A stretch of 64,000 bases of DNA, from positions 80,352,001-80,416,000 of the forward strand of contig NC_043001.1 in the NCBI RefSeq assembly GCF_006345805.1, read 5' to 3'. Shown here piece after piece: positions 12,522 to 27,499 of the stretch. Position numbers and translations under genes: made by a program. The number at the start of each line of letters is the position of its first letter. Positions within the stretch are counted from its first letter, which is position 1. The notes below the pieces were generated by a model. It was not told where the DNA came from and did not search any database. It worked only from the letters and a program-made list of their open reading frames with translations. This stretch comes from Octopus sinensis (Eukaryota).

Positions 12522-12568
12522 GATAATAATAATAACAAAAATAATAATAATGATGATGATAATAATAT

Positions 12569-12673
<105 letters not shown>

Positions 12674-12767
12674 CAGTAGTAATTAATTCTTTTATTCTTA
12701 TTATTATTAGTAATAATAATAATAATAATAATAATAATTATAATAATAATAATAATAATAATAATAA

Positions 12768-12983
12768 TGGTTACAATTTTCTGGTTCAAAGCCAGTAATT
12801 TTGAGGGAAGGTGTAAGTCGATTACATCGACCCCAGTGCTCAACTTCTATTTATTTTATTGATCTCGAAAGGATGAAAGACAAATTCAACCTCGGCGGTA
12901 TCTGAACTCAGAACGTAAAGACAGACGAAATGCTGCTAAGCATTTTGTCCGGTGTGCTAACGATTCTCCCAGCGCGCCGCCTT
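12768..12983 (-). mobile_element. SINE family A
   Basis: Full head-to-tail match, (AAT)n on both + flanks. Confidence 0.85.
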
Positions 12984-12995
12984 AATAATATTACC

Positions 12996-13194
12996 GAGCA
13001 GTGGCTCTCATAATTTTTTATCTTAACTGATTGGAAGTGTTTTTTTATGTACATGCTTTGTCTTAGTATAAAAGATGGGCTACAGCAAATATTCTGCTCA
13101 ATACCACAGATTTGCTCGTCAGTTGCTTGACCTTAACCAGTTGAGCATGTCTCTTAGTGGCTGATGATATGTGCATCTCTAATCATGAGGAGAA
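12996..13194 (+). mobile_element. ~480-bp element, 5' fragment (copy 3)
   Basis: gtataaaagatgggctacagcaaatattctgctcaataccacagattt..ttgagcatgt shared with 7840-7960. Confidence 0.85.
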
Positions 13195-14052
13195 TACATA
13201 AAATATGATAATTTTGTAAGAATGATCTATTGAGGTAATTTATTGAGATGATTTATTGAGAGTTGTGAGGCAAGTATAGATTAGAGAGATTGGATAGGCA
13301 GGGCCATAACAGAAAACACTTGCCCTAGGTACCTTGCAATAGGACTGAACCACGTGATTACAAAATGAGCTTCTTAACCGCACAGAAATACCTCCGATTA
13401 TGTAGAATATATTGTAAAAATATTCGCATTGGAAACGTCAATACATAATTGAAACGATACGTTTCTATAAAAGGACAGGCAACTAAGACCAAACAGGGAA
13501 TTTCACAGCTTCAGAACTGTCCTAATTACCAAGCGCAAGTGATTTCTCCCACTTGTGTTCCACGGTTTACATATAGCGAGTGTAAAGAGGCCCATTTTAT
13601 CTGGGCCATTCTTAACACTCTAAACCATCTTCCAACAATTTCTCTGGAGGCCAGCACTTTCTCCTCCACCCTCAAAATGGTGACGGTGGCTATAGTGAAA
13701 CGCAACTGTCTTTATCCACTCCGTCCTTTCGAAATAAATACCGTTTTAACCACCAAATAGAGGAAAAATACGTGTCCTCTCCAGACAAAGGAAGGCGTTA
13801 TCAGTCAAGTTCATCGTGATGGTGACCAACACAATGAATTTCGCAGATAGACGCATCCGTTCTACATGTCACCATAGCTGTTTGGTATAACTACATAAGC
13901 CAGCAATGCTTGATCGCCAACGGAGTGCGGGCAGAATGGTTGCATCGCCTTACGCTCATCAATATTTCGTTAATTAAAAATGGTATAGAATATGTGTGTG
14001 TATATATATGTGTGTGTGTGTGCATGTGTATGTGTTAGTGTCTGCGTGCGTA

Positions 14053-14102
<50 letters not shown>

Positions 14103-14356
14103 GCTCACATGTTTTTATGATAGGGCTTCACTGGAACACGCATCGGGTTTCAGGTAAAATTAATTTTATGATATTTATCCTCGAGGAAGCCATATTTTAC
14201 GCCAAGTTACTCAGGATGAAATCATCATTTCTATGGATATAAATCTAGCTCTTTCCTTTTCTTTCTCTTTAACCCTCAGCTTTTCCTCCCCCTCCTTTTA
14301 TTTCTTCCTCTTCTTTGTCTTCTTCGTCTCTTTACTGCCGTCGTTGTTGTTGTTAA

Positions 14357-14569
14357 GGTAGCGAACTGATAGAATATTTAGCACGCCAGGCAATATGCTT
14401 AGCGGTATTTCGTCGGTCTTTACGTTCTGAGTTCAAATTCAGCAGAGGTAGACTTTGCCTTTCATCCTTTCGGGGTCGATAAACTAAGTACCAGTCAGGT
14501 ATTGGAGTCAAAGGGATCGATTATCCTCCTCCCCCAAATTTCAGAACTCGTGCCTTTAGTAGAAAGGAC

Positions 14570-14570
<1 letters not shown>
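14357..14570 (+). mobile_element. SINE family A
   Basis: B box gagttcaaattc, core gactttgcctttcatcctttcggggtcgataaa, (ATT)n tail. Confidence 0.85.
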
Positions 14571-14603
<33 letters not shown>

Positions 14604-15116
14604 GCTATTCAGCAGTCTTATTTTCAACATGTGCTTTCACTGCACTACGGAGCAAGGGCTCTGTTTGCCTTGGGTATGTGCTGTGGTTTGTTGTGGTGCT
14701 CTTATTTTCACTGTATTGAAAGTGTTTTACGTAGGATATGTGCCGTGCCTAGGAATGTCATTTTCTTGTAGGTCTTGGAGTTTTTATGCATCATACCTAA
14801 TGCGCCTACTATAATAGGAATTGTTTGGTTTTTAGGCTCCACATTCGAGTTACTTCTATTTCCAGATCGTATTTTGAAAGTTTCTACGTTTCTTTTAAAG
14901 AAACATTGTCATCTGTTGGCATTGATACATCGATTAGAAATCATCTTTTTTTCATGGTGTCTTCTGACAACTATATCCTGCCTGTTGGCCTTAATTACTG
15001 TGTATTGGCATTTTCCAGAGTATGGTTGCTTTCTCATTTTCTGTGACATTTTCTGGGGTGTGCCTATACCATCTTTTGTCTTTTGTTATTCCATAGTGCT
15101 AGCATAGAATCCAGTG
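14604..15116 (-). mobile_element. Dong/R4-clade RLE LINE, 3' remnant
   Basis: Degenerate minus-strand translation ENEKATILW..IDVSMPTDDNVSL..TIPIIVGALG..FLGTAHILRKTLSIQ*; (ATT)n on both + flanks. Confidence 0.9.
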
Positions 15117-15124
15117 TATTATTA

Positions 15125-15262
<138 letters not shown>

Positions 15263-15530
15263 GTGTTATTCGCTGTGGAATACGTAAGACGTTCTTTCGA
15301 ACACGTTTTGTAAGTTATGCTTTAAACTGTGTTTTTCAAATATATGTTATTAATTTTTGTTATAAACTGACAATAAGAACACCAGGAACCTTTTGGCAGG
15401 TGTTCAGTGGTTGTTTCTGTCCCGTAAGGGGCAGTATTTATTCATTTCATTTATTCATTTAGTTTACTCATTTATTTATTCATTTAATTGCACTCAGAAA
15501 ATCTTGTGTAAATAAACACAAACACACAAC

Positions 15531-16590
15531 ATGGCGTCGTCATCATCACTATTACCATCGGCATCAGTAGCCATCATGAAACCTTGAAGAGGAAAGCTGA
15601 TCCTCACACCAGCCCTCCTACAGAAGATTTCTCTGCTCCCCCATATCACTCACTCCAAGCGACAACAACAACAGCAACAATGGCAGCAGCAGCAGCCCAA
15701 GCAATGTGTGAGAGCACGCGACGCATGCGAAATCAGCAGCAATAACAGCGAGAATGCGAAGACGGAAAAGAGAGAGAGAGAGAGAAGATTGTAGAAATAA
15801 CAGCAACACCATAACATGTATTGACACCTGAGAAACAGAAATCACCAACACGACGACAAACAACAATTGAACGAATTTTAAATAATTTCCGACATAGCCA
15901 ACTATAAAAAGGAATGTTTCCGCTGGCCCTTGATGAAAAAGCGAAAGAATTTCGCTCAAGCCAAAAGATCATAAAAATCGAGTGGGATAAGATAGCGGTT
16001 CTTGTGTCTCCAGAGTTGTTGGAAATGAAATACAAAAAAAAAATGTGCCTCGCGTAAGAACAGGCGAACAGAAATAGCATCTATATGTCAAGTGGAAGAG
16101 ATTTTGAAGGTCATCTTAGAATACGTGGCCCACTTACAAAGAGACAGACAATATGTTAGCATCGAGGTTCACTTCAAAACCATTAAAATGCTACTCCTGC
16201 CGGAAAACATGGAAAAAATCCCGGACTTTATACAGCTGTCCAACGTGTTATTATAGAAGACAGAAAGCCTAAGTGCAACATTTCTGAGACCACAAGCCAC
16301 CTGAGGGCTTTCTGCACAAAAAAGACAGGAAGCACGAGGCCACTCCCACCACCCAAACAAAACCCTCAACAACAGCAACAACTGAGACAACATGCCACAC
16401 ATGCAGCCTCATTTTCAGGTGAAGCACAAAAACAATAGGGATAACCATACTGGGTGCCACTCAAACCAGTACTCCACCTCCTCTCTCAAGCACACATTCA
16501 CACGGCGATGCTCACACAAACACAGACTCACACATACCGAGATGATTCCACAGACACTGGTGCCTCCACATCGCGTAGTGATTGGATTTT
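15531..16590 (+). mobile_element. Tx1/L1-like LINE ORF1 (gag-like) remnant
   Basis: Degenerate zinc knuckle RKPKCNISETTSHLRAFC near 16263-16316; TIERILNN parallels QIERTLQN in the minus-strand element at ~58000. Confidence 0.6.
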
Positions 16591-16595
16591 ATTCT

Positions 16596-18739
16596 ATCCA
16601 GGAAGAGGAGGTGGTTGCTTGCTTGGGCTTTTTCCTTTAGTTGGCACTCAAGGTTCATTTTCCTGAGTACCAAGGTCAGGGGTATCATACAGAGTATGAG
16701 AAGCAACAGAGATAGGCTGTCACCCTGGAAAATCCCTCTTCTGATACCAAGGGTGCCCAAGCTTTTTCCGTAAGATGTCAGTTCAGATTTCCATCCCACC
16801 ATACTTCTCTTCAGGAAACACGTTACATTCCTCGCAATTCCAAACAGATATAAGCACTCGATGATCCACAAATGTGGAATCATGTTATGAGCTTTGCGAT
16901 AGTCAATCTAGGCCATTCCCATATTTGTTCCCTTTCGTTTACAATCTTGCATTACCATTTTGTCTATCAATAATTAATTTTTGGTACTTCCTTCTACAGC
17001 CTTTTTGTTACGGTGGTAATACATCGTTCTCATCAAGAAAATTATACATTTCTTCTGCAATTCCTCTTGACAGTAACTTCCACATTAATAGGATGCAGGA
17101 AATTGGTCTGTAATTGTCAGCAACATTTCCTTCGGGAGCATCACTTTTCTCAACTAGCTCAGGATTTCATCTTCTCTATTGATCAATGCATTAAATTGCT
17201 CTGCGATCAATTTATAGCAACTACAGAACTTTTTTATCAAAAATATTTGTATACAACCAGACCCTGGTGCTTTCTAGCTGCTTATCTTTTTTACTTGTAT
17301 TTCTAATACCGTCTTCTGTGAAGTGGATAGCCTCTTTCTAGGGATAACAAACTGTTTGCTTCAGGCTGCAGAGCCTTTCAGCTGTAGTATTACGTTGTTC
17401 TTGCTTATTCCATATCTTTCCCCAAAATGTCGACTTTCATCAGCATCAGGGACTAATCTTTCATGTTTTTTATCGTCATTGATAAGATCTTTTTTTGTCG
17501 GTTCTAAACATTTTTTTTTTGCTGGTATTGCTTAATCTGTTGTTCAAACCTATTTCCTTGTTTTGCATGTTGCACTGCTTCAGTTTTTCAATTACAATAT
17601 TCAGGCATTTTTGTATCTACACCATACTTCCTAACTTTTTCGAATTTCCATTCATTCTTAAGTTCTCCATTTCTTTTCCTGATAAGTATTGACACTACAC
17701 TGTTGAAGGACTTTATATCTTCAGAAATTCTCCTCTTCCACCACGGTTGTTTATTTCCTCTTCTATCCGTCGTTTTTCTATTCTCAATAGTTCTCAATCT
17801 CATCCTTTCCACCACAATCCCACTGGCAGCCTTGATAAGATTATTTGTTTGTGTGATGTTCTTTGTTTCAACTTGTTACCGAACAATATAGACTTTATTC
17901 GTCTCTTGATTTAGTCTCTATTGATTTGCCCTTTAAAGTCGCACACAAATTCTCTCCCTTCTGTATTTAATAGATCCACAATTCTGTGTACTACTAATCG
18001 ATCTTCATTATTTGAGTAGTCACTGATCTCAATTCTTTCACAATTCACGGTATTATATTCATGCGGACAATTGTCCCTCTCTTCCATTATATTACTTTCA
18101 TTTCTCGTATGCCCAACCTCACCCGATATCCTTCTTTTAATAGCTTCTAGCACCAATTCTGTTAACCATCCATTCTTTCGATTTACTCTAGCTTGATCAC
18201 ATAACCTCTATTCAGTAATTTCGAACAATTTCATTGCCTTCGATTCATGTGCACTCCTTCGTTTTCTGTACCCTCTGACAGGCATCCCATTCGTATCCAC
18301 TGGGGTGCTCCAGTAGTAACACTCTATAACCATCATGCTTACTTGTTTACTCCACCTTACCGGGAATAGCTTACCGGGAAATCGTTAATGACTTGTAGCA
18401 CGGCTAACACAGTTGCTCGATTACGTCCGGGCCCACCCTACTGTACAGTGGAGCACCTGCCGGGTGCTGCACAAAACCACTGGTTCCAGTCCGGTTCACA
18501 CCGTTATCATCAGTTATTTTACTTGACATTTTCATTCAAAAATGTTTTTATCTTTAGGTTACTACAAACCGGTTTTTTTTTTTTTTCGAGACACCACCTC
18601 TATCAAGGTACTCTGCCAAGGTGGCAGGGTCCTTGCTCCTCTGGTTTTGGACTCAGAATATTCCTTCTTTTAGGCTGCTTGCCACCCAAGGCTAACGAGT
18701 ACAGCCTGTCCGGAGCACTAGTTATTTGAAAGGGCCAGC
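16596..18739 (-). mobile_element. Dong/R4-clade LINE, 5' part (5' UTR, N-terminus, RT up to the LFxD motif), multiply disrupted
   Basis: RWSKQ..ECYY..RGYRKR..RLCDQAR..RKNGWL; QPWWKRRI; IPHLWI; RRGIFQGDSLS; NHLLFLD at the 16596 breakpoint; begins after (AAT/AAC)n on its sense strand. Confidence 0.93.
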
Positions 18740-18784
18740 TTATTATTGTTGTTGTAGTTATTGTTATTATCATCATCATCATCA

Positions 18785-18862
<78 letters not shown>

Positions 18863-18884
18863 TATTATTATTATTATTATTATT

Positions 18885-19335
18885 GAGTGAGAGAGTAGTG
18901 CATGCCATCAAAGTGACACCGGGATAAAATATACAAAGCCCAGTATACCCGTCTGATAAGAGTACACCAGGCACATGCATCACAACCATATGTGCGCGAC
19001 ATAGTGATCTCATATCAAGACTAATAGCGCATGACCTTGCAGATGGGGCTCTGTTAGAATTTTCTTCAGATAGAGTAGCCCATTTTGCCCAAAAGATCCC
19101 TGAATAAAGGTTGTTTACGGTTGTTGAACGAAACACCCATGTTTCCAAAGGTGAAGTATCCAAACCCCAGAGAATTCCTCTCAACAGATAGCTATGATGC
19201 TCCCTCAATCCTGCTCGTGATCAGAGATGCATATATCGTCAGCCACTAACAGCCATGCTCAACTGGTTAAGGTCAAACAACTGACAAGCAAATCTGTGGT
19301 ATTGAGTAGAATATTTGCTGTAGCCCATCTTTTAT
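18885..19335 (-). mobile_element. ~480-bp element, copy 2
   Basis: Reverse complement of 7840-8302 with a small internal deletion; (TAA)n tail at 18740-18884. Confidence 0.85.
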
Positions 19336-19348
19336 CATTATCATCATC

Positions 19349-19566
19349 GGCGAGCTGGTAGAAACGTTAGCACGCCGGGCGAAATTCGTAGCCGTATTTC
19401 GTCTGTCGTTGCGTTCCGAGTTCAAATTCCGCCGAGGTCAACTTTGCCTTTCATCCTTTCGGAGTCGATAAATTAAGTACCAGTTACGCACTGGCGTCGA
19501 TGTAATCGACTTAATCCTTTTGTCTGTCCTCTCTGTGTTTAGCCCCTTGTGGGTAGTAAAGAAATA
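19349..19566 (+). mobile_element. SINE family A with LINE-like tail; partial further copy at ~19645-19752
   Basis: ggcgagctggtagaaacgttagcacgccggg, gagttcaaattcc, tail ctgtgtttagccccttgtgggtagtaaagaaata then (ATC/ATT)n. Confidence 0.9.
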
Positions 19567-19580
19567 TATCATTATCATCA

Positions 19581-19645
<65 letters not shown>

Positions 19646-19781
19646 AATTTCAAATTTCGCCTAGGTCGACTTTGCCTTTCATCCTTTCGGGATTGATTAA
19701 ATAAGCACCAGTTACGCACGGAGGGTCGATATAATGAATTTATACCTTTCTTCTAGCACCAGCAGCAGCATTAGTAGTAGT

Positions 19782-19880
<99 letters not shown>

Positions 19881-20433
19881 AAACTATTACATGCTAATTT
19901 AAATTGAATCCATACACTCGGCGAATAATGCAATCTTCTATCGTCACAATCATTCCTGCTCTAAACAACCTGTAGCTTTCTCTTGAACAGCCTGCACCAC
20001 TCCTTTGTCAAAAAAATCATTGATGACGCGTTACAAATATTTACTTGCAATGAAGATGGACAAGAAGATTCATTATATAGAACTATACCAAAGACAGAGG
20101 TGAACGACTTTTTTTAGTTGAATAAAATGTTCTGCTCCCTTTTGCTTTACTTTCGGGATTTTACACATATTTCCCTCTATATATATTACATTACAGGGTA
20201 GGGGTCTTTCTATTCTCATATGTATTCATTAATCCTATATTTCTCTATAATACATTCTTTTACCATAAGTCTTCACTCTATATATTTGTTATCATATAGA
20301 CTGATATACATATATATATATATAATATATATATATATATAATATATATATATATATATACATATATAATTCACGCAGTTATTGCTCACGAAGCTACTAT
20401 TTTAAAGGTTAAAGCAACTTGGATACACCAATT

Positions 20434-20495
<62 letters not shown>

Positions 20496-20555
20496 TACAC
20501 ACATACATACATGATGATGATGGTCCCCTCGTTACCGAGGAAAACTATTGCTGAC

Positions 20556-20648
20556 CTTTAAGAACATTGTGTGCTGTAGGACTAATATATATTTTGCATT
20601 TGAGGCTCCGTTGATGGCTAAAGAGGCCTGCACACATTGCATACACGA
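20556..20648 (-). other. Candidate 93-nt internal exon
   Basis: Minus-strand tgtttccag acceptor and AAG|GTCAGC donor; 31 codons, two open frames; unique sequence. Confidence 0.2.
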
Positions 20649-21169
20649 CTGGAAACATTGCAAACCAAGCTTTTCCAATATAGTTATAGTGGTTCGGGTG
20701 GAAATAGTATATAATTGCAAAATAACTATGTATATATATATATATTATGTATAACGCATTCTCAGCAGATTTTGTTCCATCACTTACTAGTGTGTTAGCA
20801 GTCATTTATTTTAGTTTTGAACTGCACTACCGAAAATATCTAAAAGATTCAATCTAACTCTATCAGCCAGAGGGAGGAAGGGATGTATACAATTTCATTT
20901 CACACACAATATTTCTGAGCAGAAAAAGAAGAAACAACCAGACTTATTTGAATTTTGAAGTAGATTTTCATCAGTAACCAAATAGCTTGTTTAACTGTTT
21001 CAACACAGGATTGAAACTAATTCGATAGATTCCTCTTTTTTCTGTACATACAAAGATATCATCTATTCAAACAAGGTGTTTTCATCTGTCTATACATACA
21101 GTGTTAGCTAAAAGTTTATTGATATATTCTGCAGTGAAGTAATATTGTATTGAAATATATTAAAAAAAT

Positions 21170-21211
21170 ACTAGCTCCAGATACATATATATATATATAT
21201 ATTATATATAT

Positions 21212-21269
<58 letters not shown>

Positions 21270-22013
21270 TGTATATATATATGTATATATATATGCTATC
21301 ATGTAGTTTCCTATATAATCTTTTATTCTCTTATCATACTGTTTCCCATATACTTCCTTATATAATCTCTTGTTGTGTATCCCATAATTCTCAGTTAATA
21401 ACTGCGAAACTATGTCACAAATAAACAAAATACAAACAGCAGAACAACAACAACGAGGACGACAACGACGACGACAACAACAATAACAACAATGAAAACA
21501 GCAACAACAACAATATCAAAAATTTCTTCATTTTAAAAATCTCATGAAATACCTTTTAAAATAACAATTTAAAAAAACATTTTCTTCATAGCTTCCCGAA
21601 TTTTTATTTATTTATTCATTGCATTTTCTGAATTTTTCGTTTATTTTGTAAACAACATATATATCTGTGTGTGTATGTGTGTGTGTGTGTCTGTGTGTCT
21701 GTGTGTTTGTGATTATTTATATTTTTTTTGGTGTATTCAGAATTGATGTACAAAAACAGCTTATCATCGTTATAATCACTTATAGCGTTAATTACAATTT
21801 CTTCTTTGTCTATCATATTATATTAATCTGTCTGTTTGTCTGCTTCTCATTCTTTCTTCTTTTACTTTACAGTAATTTCTGGAGGAAAAAAAATAACAAG
21901 TCACGTGTTATCTTTGTTATTGTTGAAGTTACCGCCATGTTTGTAATTGTTTCTCATGTTGCACTAGTTGTTCTTCATTTTCTTCTACTTCTTGTCATCA
22001 GCACCAGCAGCAA

Positions 22014-22049
<36 letters not shown>

Positions 22050-22052
22050 TGT

Positions 22053-22089
<37 letters not shown>

Positions 22090-22222
22090 TAGTAGTAGTA
22101 GTAGTAGTGGCAGCAGTGGTAGTAGTAGTAGTAACAGCAGCAGCAATAATAATAGTAGTAGTAGTAGTAGTAGAAGCAGCAGCAGTAGTAGTAGTAGTAA
22201 TAGTAGTAGAAACAGAAGTAGA

Positions 22223-22271
<49 letters not shown>

Positions 22272-22618
22272 ATAGTTGTTCTTGGCACCGTTACCTTTAG
22301 CGTTATTTATATCACCTCTATTGTTATTGATAAGATTATTAATTATTATCATTATCATTATTACTATCACTACTTCTGCTACCACAACTACAACTACTAA
22401 ACTACAACTACGACGACGATGATTGCTCCTGCTATAATTATGACTACTACTAATAATACTATTACTATTAATACTATTATCATTATTATTATTATGATTA
22501 TTATTATTAATATTATTACCATTATCATTATCATTCTTCTTCTTATTATTATTATTATTATTATTACTATTATTATTATTATTATTATTCTCATTATCAT
22601 TGTTATTATTATTATTAA

Positions 22619-22654
<36 letters not shown>

Positions 22655-23160
22655 CATCATTATTATTATTATTATCATCATTATTATTATTATTGTTATT
22701 ATTATTATTCCTATATCGGATTTTTTTATATTTTGTTCCATAATTTGAAAAACTATTTTCTTTCTTCATCTATTTATTGCATTACATGTTAGTTATACGT
22801 TTGTATGCATATATATATATGTGTGTGCCCAAACATGTATGCATGTATGTAAATACTGAGTTTTATTATATATATTTATATATTTATTGTATTATTTTAT
22901 ATCATATAGTTACCGTATTGTCTATCATATCTCTATATATCTGTCTAGTTATGCATACATGTCTAGATATACATATAGCCATACATGTATATATATGTAC
23001 GTACACACATATATACGTATATATATATACATATATACATATATATATATATATACATACAAGGGTATATACATAAATATATATATATATACACATACCC
23101 CTACATATATATATTTACATATATATATGTACATACATATGTATATGTATTTGTGTATAT

Positions 23161-23216
<56 letters not shown>

Positions 23217-24023
23217 CATATTTTATATTTATCAGTTTTATTATGTCATTTTTATCTTTCGCATTGTGTATTGTAAATATATATTTTTATTGTAGTTTGT
23301 ATGATATTTCCAACGACTGATTTTATTATATTCTACATATACCTATATATTTATAGTTTGGTCTATGTTATATCATTGTCAGTATACTGTATGGCATATT
23401 ACCTCTCTATATTTCATTGTATTGTAACTTTATTTCATACACTATCTATTTTTATTTCATTGTTGTATTTTATATTTATATATTTACGTATTTATTATAT
23501 TGTTCTATATGTTTATCAATGTGTTATATTCTGTATTATATATTTTAATATATTTATTATATAGTATTTATGTGTTTTCTGTATTGCATATTCTAAAGTA
23601 TTTATCTTATTGTGTTATGTGTTTATTTTCGTGCCGTGTCGTGCCTCCGTATTGTAGGTTTATATCTATTGTGTTATAGTGATATATTTGTATCCTTATT
23701 GAGCTATCATAATTCAATGGATTTGTTGTATTATCTGCAATAAAATACTAGCGTTATTTTACTTCGTTGCTTTCGTATTCGAAGTTTTTAGCCAGCGTTC
23801 TTTACAAGACAAACATTAAGTAAACACACACACTCACACACACATGCATATATACCTATACAGAGAGTGAGATAGAGAGAGGTGAGAGGAACACATGTAC
23901 ACACACAAACAAACACAGGTATGTAAACAAACACATACGAATGCATAAATATCAGAGAAAACATGAGACCTGCGACTCAGATAAACAGACACAACAATAC
24001 ATACACCTACATATCTACATACA

Positions 24024-24095
<72 letters not shown>

Positions 24096-24304
24096 TATAT
24101 GTATATATGTCTGTATGTATGAATGTATATACGTATATATATATATATGTGTGTGTGTACGTATCTCAATATGCATGTATATATGTATGTACGTATATAA
24201 GTGTATGTATATATAAGTATATGTATACATATATGTATATATTTATACCTATATCTATCTATCTATCTATCTATCTATATATATATATTCACATATATAT
24301 ATAG

Positions 24305-24380
<76 letters not shown>

Positions 24381-24446
24381 TTAGATATAGTTGTAGATGT
24401 AGATATATATATACGTACAATTATATATACACATATATCAGAGATG

Positions 24447-24534
<88 letters not shown>

Positions 24535-24790
24535 ATGCACATGTGTGTGGATATAAATATATATATATATAATATATGTATAGAAATATATATATATATA
24601 TGTGTATGTGTATAGAAATATATATATATATGTGTATGTATATATAAATATATATATATTAACTTATATATTTATATACACATATATATATACACATTGT
24701 ATAAATAATATAACACATATATATGCATAATGTGTATCACGTATTATAATTATACGCACACAAGTAATATGTTTATATATATATATATGT
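21170..24790. repeat. Large low-complexity field: (TA)n, (AGT/AGC)n, (ATT)n, (GATA)n
   Basis: Seen directly; trinucleotide block ~22000-22710, (GATA)n ~24250-24380. Confidence 0.95.
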
Positions 24791-25387
24791 ACATTTATGT
24801 ATGTAGTTCTTCAGATTTACATATTTATTTCTAAGCACATACGCACATACACCACACACACACATACACACACACACACTCGTACACACACACACATATC
24901 TGTTTTATATGTATATAATTCTGCGTATATATATAAAGAGGTAGTATGTATATTTGGAAGAATATATGCACATTTACTAACATACACTTATAAACATGCA
25001 ATTATGCTTACATTCATACATACCCCTATGTAAAATACTCTACAGATAGTTTATTTGCATAATGAATTTATACTATTGTGAAAAATAAACAAAGGATTGC
25101 CGAAACATTCCATTGTTGTTTTGTTTAAATATATATTGTCTTTCACGATTTTCTTCTGGTTTTGAGGGCGTATATGTATTTGTGTGTGCGTATGCACTTG
25201 TGCCACTGTCTTTCTTTCGATGGGATTTCATATATATATATACACGTACATACATACATACATACATACATACATACATACATACATACATACCGACATA
25301 CATACATACATACATACTTACATACGGACAGACAGACATACAGGCAGATAGATAGATAGACATTCGGACGCAATATATACTGATATA

Positions 25388-25785
25388 CTCTTTTACTCTT
25401 GTACTTGTTTCAGTCATTTGACTGCGGCTATGCTGGAGCACCGCTTTTAGTCAAGCAAATCGATCCCAGGACTTATTCTTTGTAAGCCCATTACTTATTC
25501 TATCGGTCTCTTTTTCCGAACCGCTAAGGGACGGGGACGTAAAAACACCAGCATCGGTCATCGGTTGTCAAGCAATGCTAGGGGGACAAACACAGACACA
25601 CAAACACATACACACACATATATATACATATATACGACAGGCTTCTTTCAGTTTCCGTCTACCAAATCCACTCACAAGGCATTAGTCGGCCCGGGGCTAT
25701 AGCAGACACTTGCCCAAGATGCCACGCAGTGGGACTGAACCCAGAACCATGTGGTTGGTTAGCAAGCTACTTACCACACAGCCAA
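25388..25785 (-). mobile_element. SINE family B, near full length
   Basis: ctcttttactctt..tttcagtcatttgactgcggctatgctggagcaccgc..internal (CA/TA)..gacacttgcccaag..ctacttaccacacagcc. Confidence 0.92.
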
Positions 25786-26006
25786 TTGTATATTTCTATG
25801 TGTATGGTTATAGTGTATATGTTTATGGCATATATTTAAACTAATATTTATATTTTATGTGCATATATAGCTACATGTATGTATGTACGTTCGCATGTAT
25901 GCATGCATGCAGGTATCAATGTATATATATGTTCAAATTTGTATGTTTTGTTTTACGTATGTATTCTCATGCATATATTTTCATATCTAGACACGCTCAT
26001 ATATAT

Positions 26007-26317
26007 TTAAGTGATAAACTTCTGGAAAGTTTTACAGAATTTTACTGTTCCAGAGATGGATTGGATCTGTAGTCTTCGAAATAACTTTCTCCTTTCAGGT
26101 GTTGAGAAATCTAATTTATCGATATTGGTATTTAGGCAACGCGTTACATATCCTAGAACCCCAATAATTACAGGTATAAACCTGATCTTGTAATCTGGAT
26201 AGAGTAACGGCAGATTTCTCAATAGTTTAGTGTAGATATTCTCGCTTTTACTTCATCTTCAGTATAACGTTAACATCCACTGGGCAGCTAATTTCCACAA
26301 CAGTACACAGTTTCTCT

Positions 26318-26318
<1 letters not shown>
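26007..26318 (-). mobile_element. Second RLE-type LINE family, 3' coding end
   Basis: CTVVEISCPVDVN..RNLPLLYPDYKIRFIPVIIGVLG..ISGTVKFCKTF; homologous to 28440-28908. Confidence 0.8.
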
Positions 26319-26349
<31 letters not shown>

Positions 26350-26520
26350 TGTATGTATGTATGTATGTATATATGTATGTATGTATGCATGTATGTATGT
26401 ATGTATGTATGTATGTATGCATGCATGCATGCATACGTATAACAGACGCAAACGCATACGCACGCACACTATGTGCATATTATATATTTAGATCGATGTA
26501 TGTGTGTGTATATATGTATG

Positions 26521-26571
<51 letters not shown>

Positions 26572-27499
26572 ATATATATATAATATATATATATATAATT
26601 TTTAAAATAGGATAAATTTTTTTAAGAATTTATCAAGTAGTCAGCATGAAAAACCTCATAAGACAAAAATTCACCAATTTTTTCACTTAAATATATTTAT
26701 TTATATTATTTAGAAGGTATTACTACACATAAATACCACACGCTAGCAGGGACTCTTAAAATCAAAACTACTAAAATAAATAAACACATCGTATCGAATG
26801 CAACTCTCGAAGCAAGTCATTTAAAAGCAGAATTTAGCTGCATATCACTGTGATTTCATAATGAGTGCAGTGGTGCACTCTTTACTCATCAGTGCAAGCA
26901 TAATTCAAGATTTATAATGAATGAACAAAATCAACATACCAGATGAACAACCATCGTATCCAACATAGCATATAGAAATGTTCCCCCCTTATTCATCTAT
27001 GTAAATGGCGGGCTTTTTCGAATTGCATTTCGGTAACAACGTGCTTATTCGGAATAAAAAATCAGTACTGAATATACTCCGGTTAAATTTACAATTTAAA
27101 ATTAGGATAAAATCTTTATAAGAATTTATCAAGTAGTCAGCGGGAAAAACCTCATAAGAGAAAAAAATCCACCAATTTATGAAAAAAATGTGAGTGGATA
27201 TATAAAATATGTATGTATATATTATATTCATATAAATATTAATCTTTATGTTCATCAAACAGATTTACCATGTTATATTGAAACAATTTTAACTGTAGAA
27301 TTAAACATAATACAGAAACTAATAGCCTTCAATTGAATGAACACAGACATATGTATATATGGTGAGTGAAATATATACATACAAACATACGTACATACAT
27401 ACATAAATATAGACAGCCAGTGATAGACAGATTGGTATGTGTGTATGAATATATATATATCGTCTCTAATACGTCCTCAGCTGCTCGAGTAGCTACCCA

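Noticed and set aside
13449-13960. Possible Tc1/mariner DDE remnant on the minus strand
   Set aside because: Only vague hints (HYS, GRW, WP-like); no TIR or clear motif to support a call.
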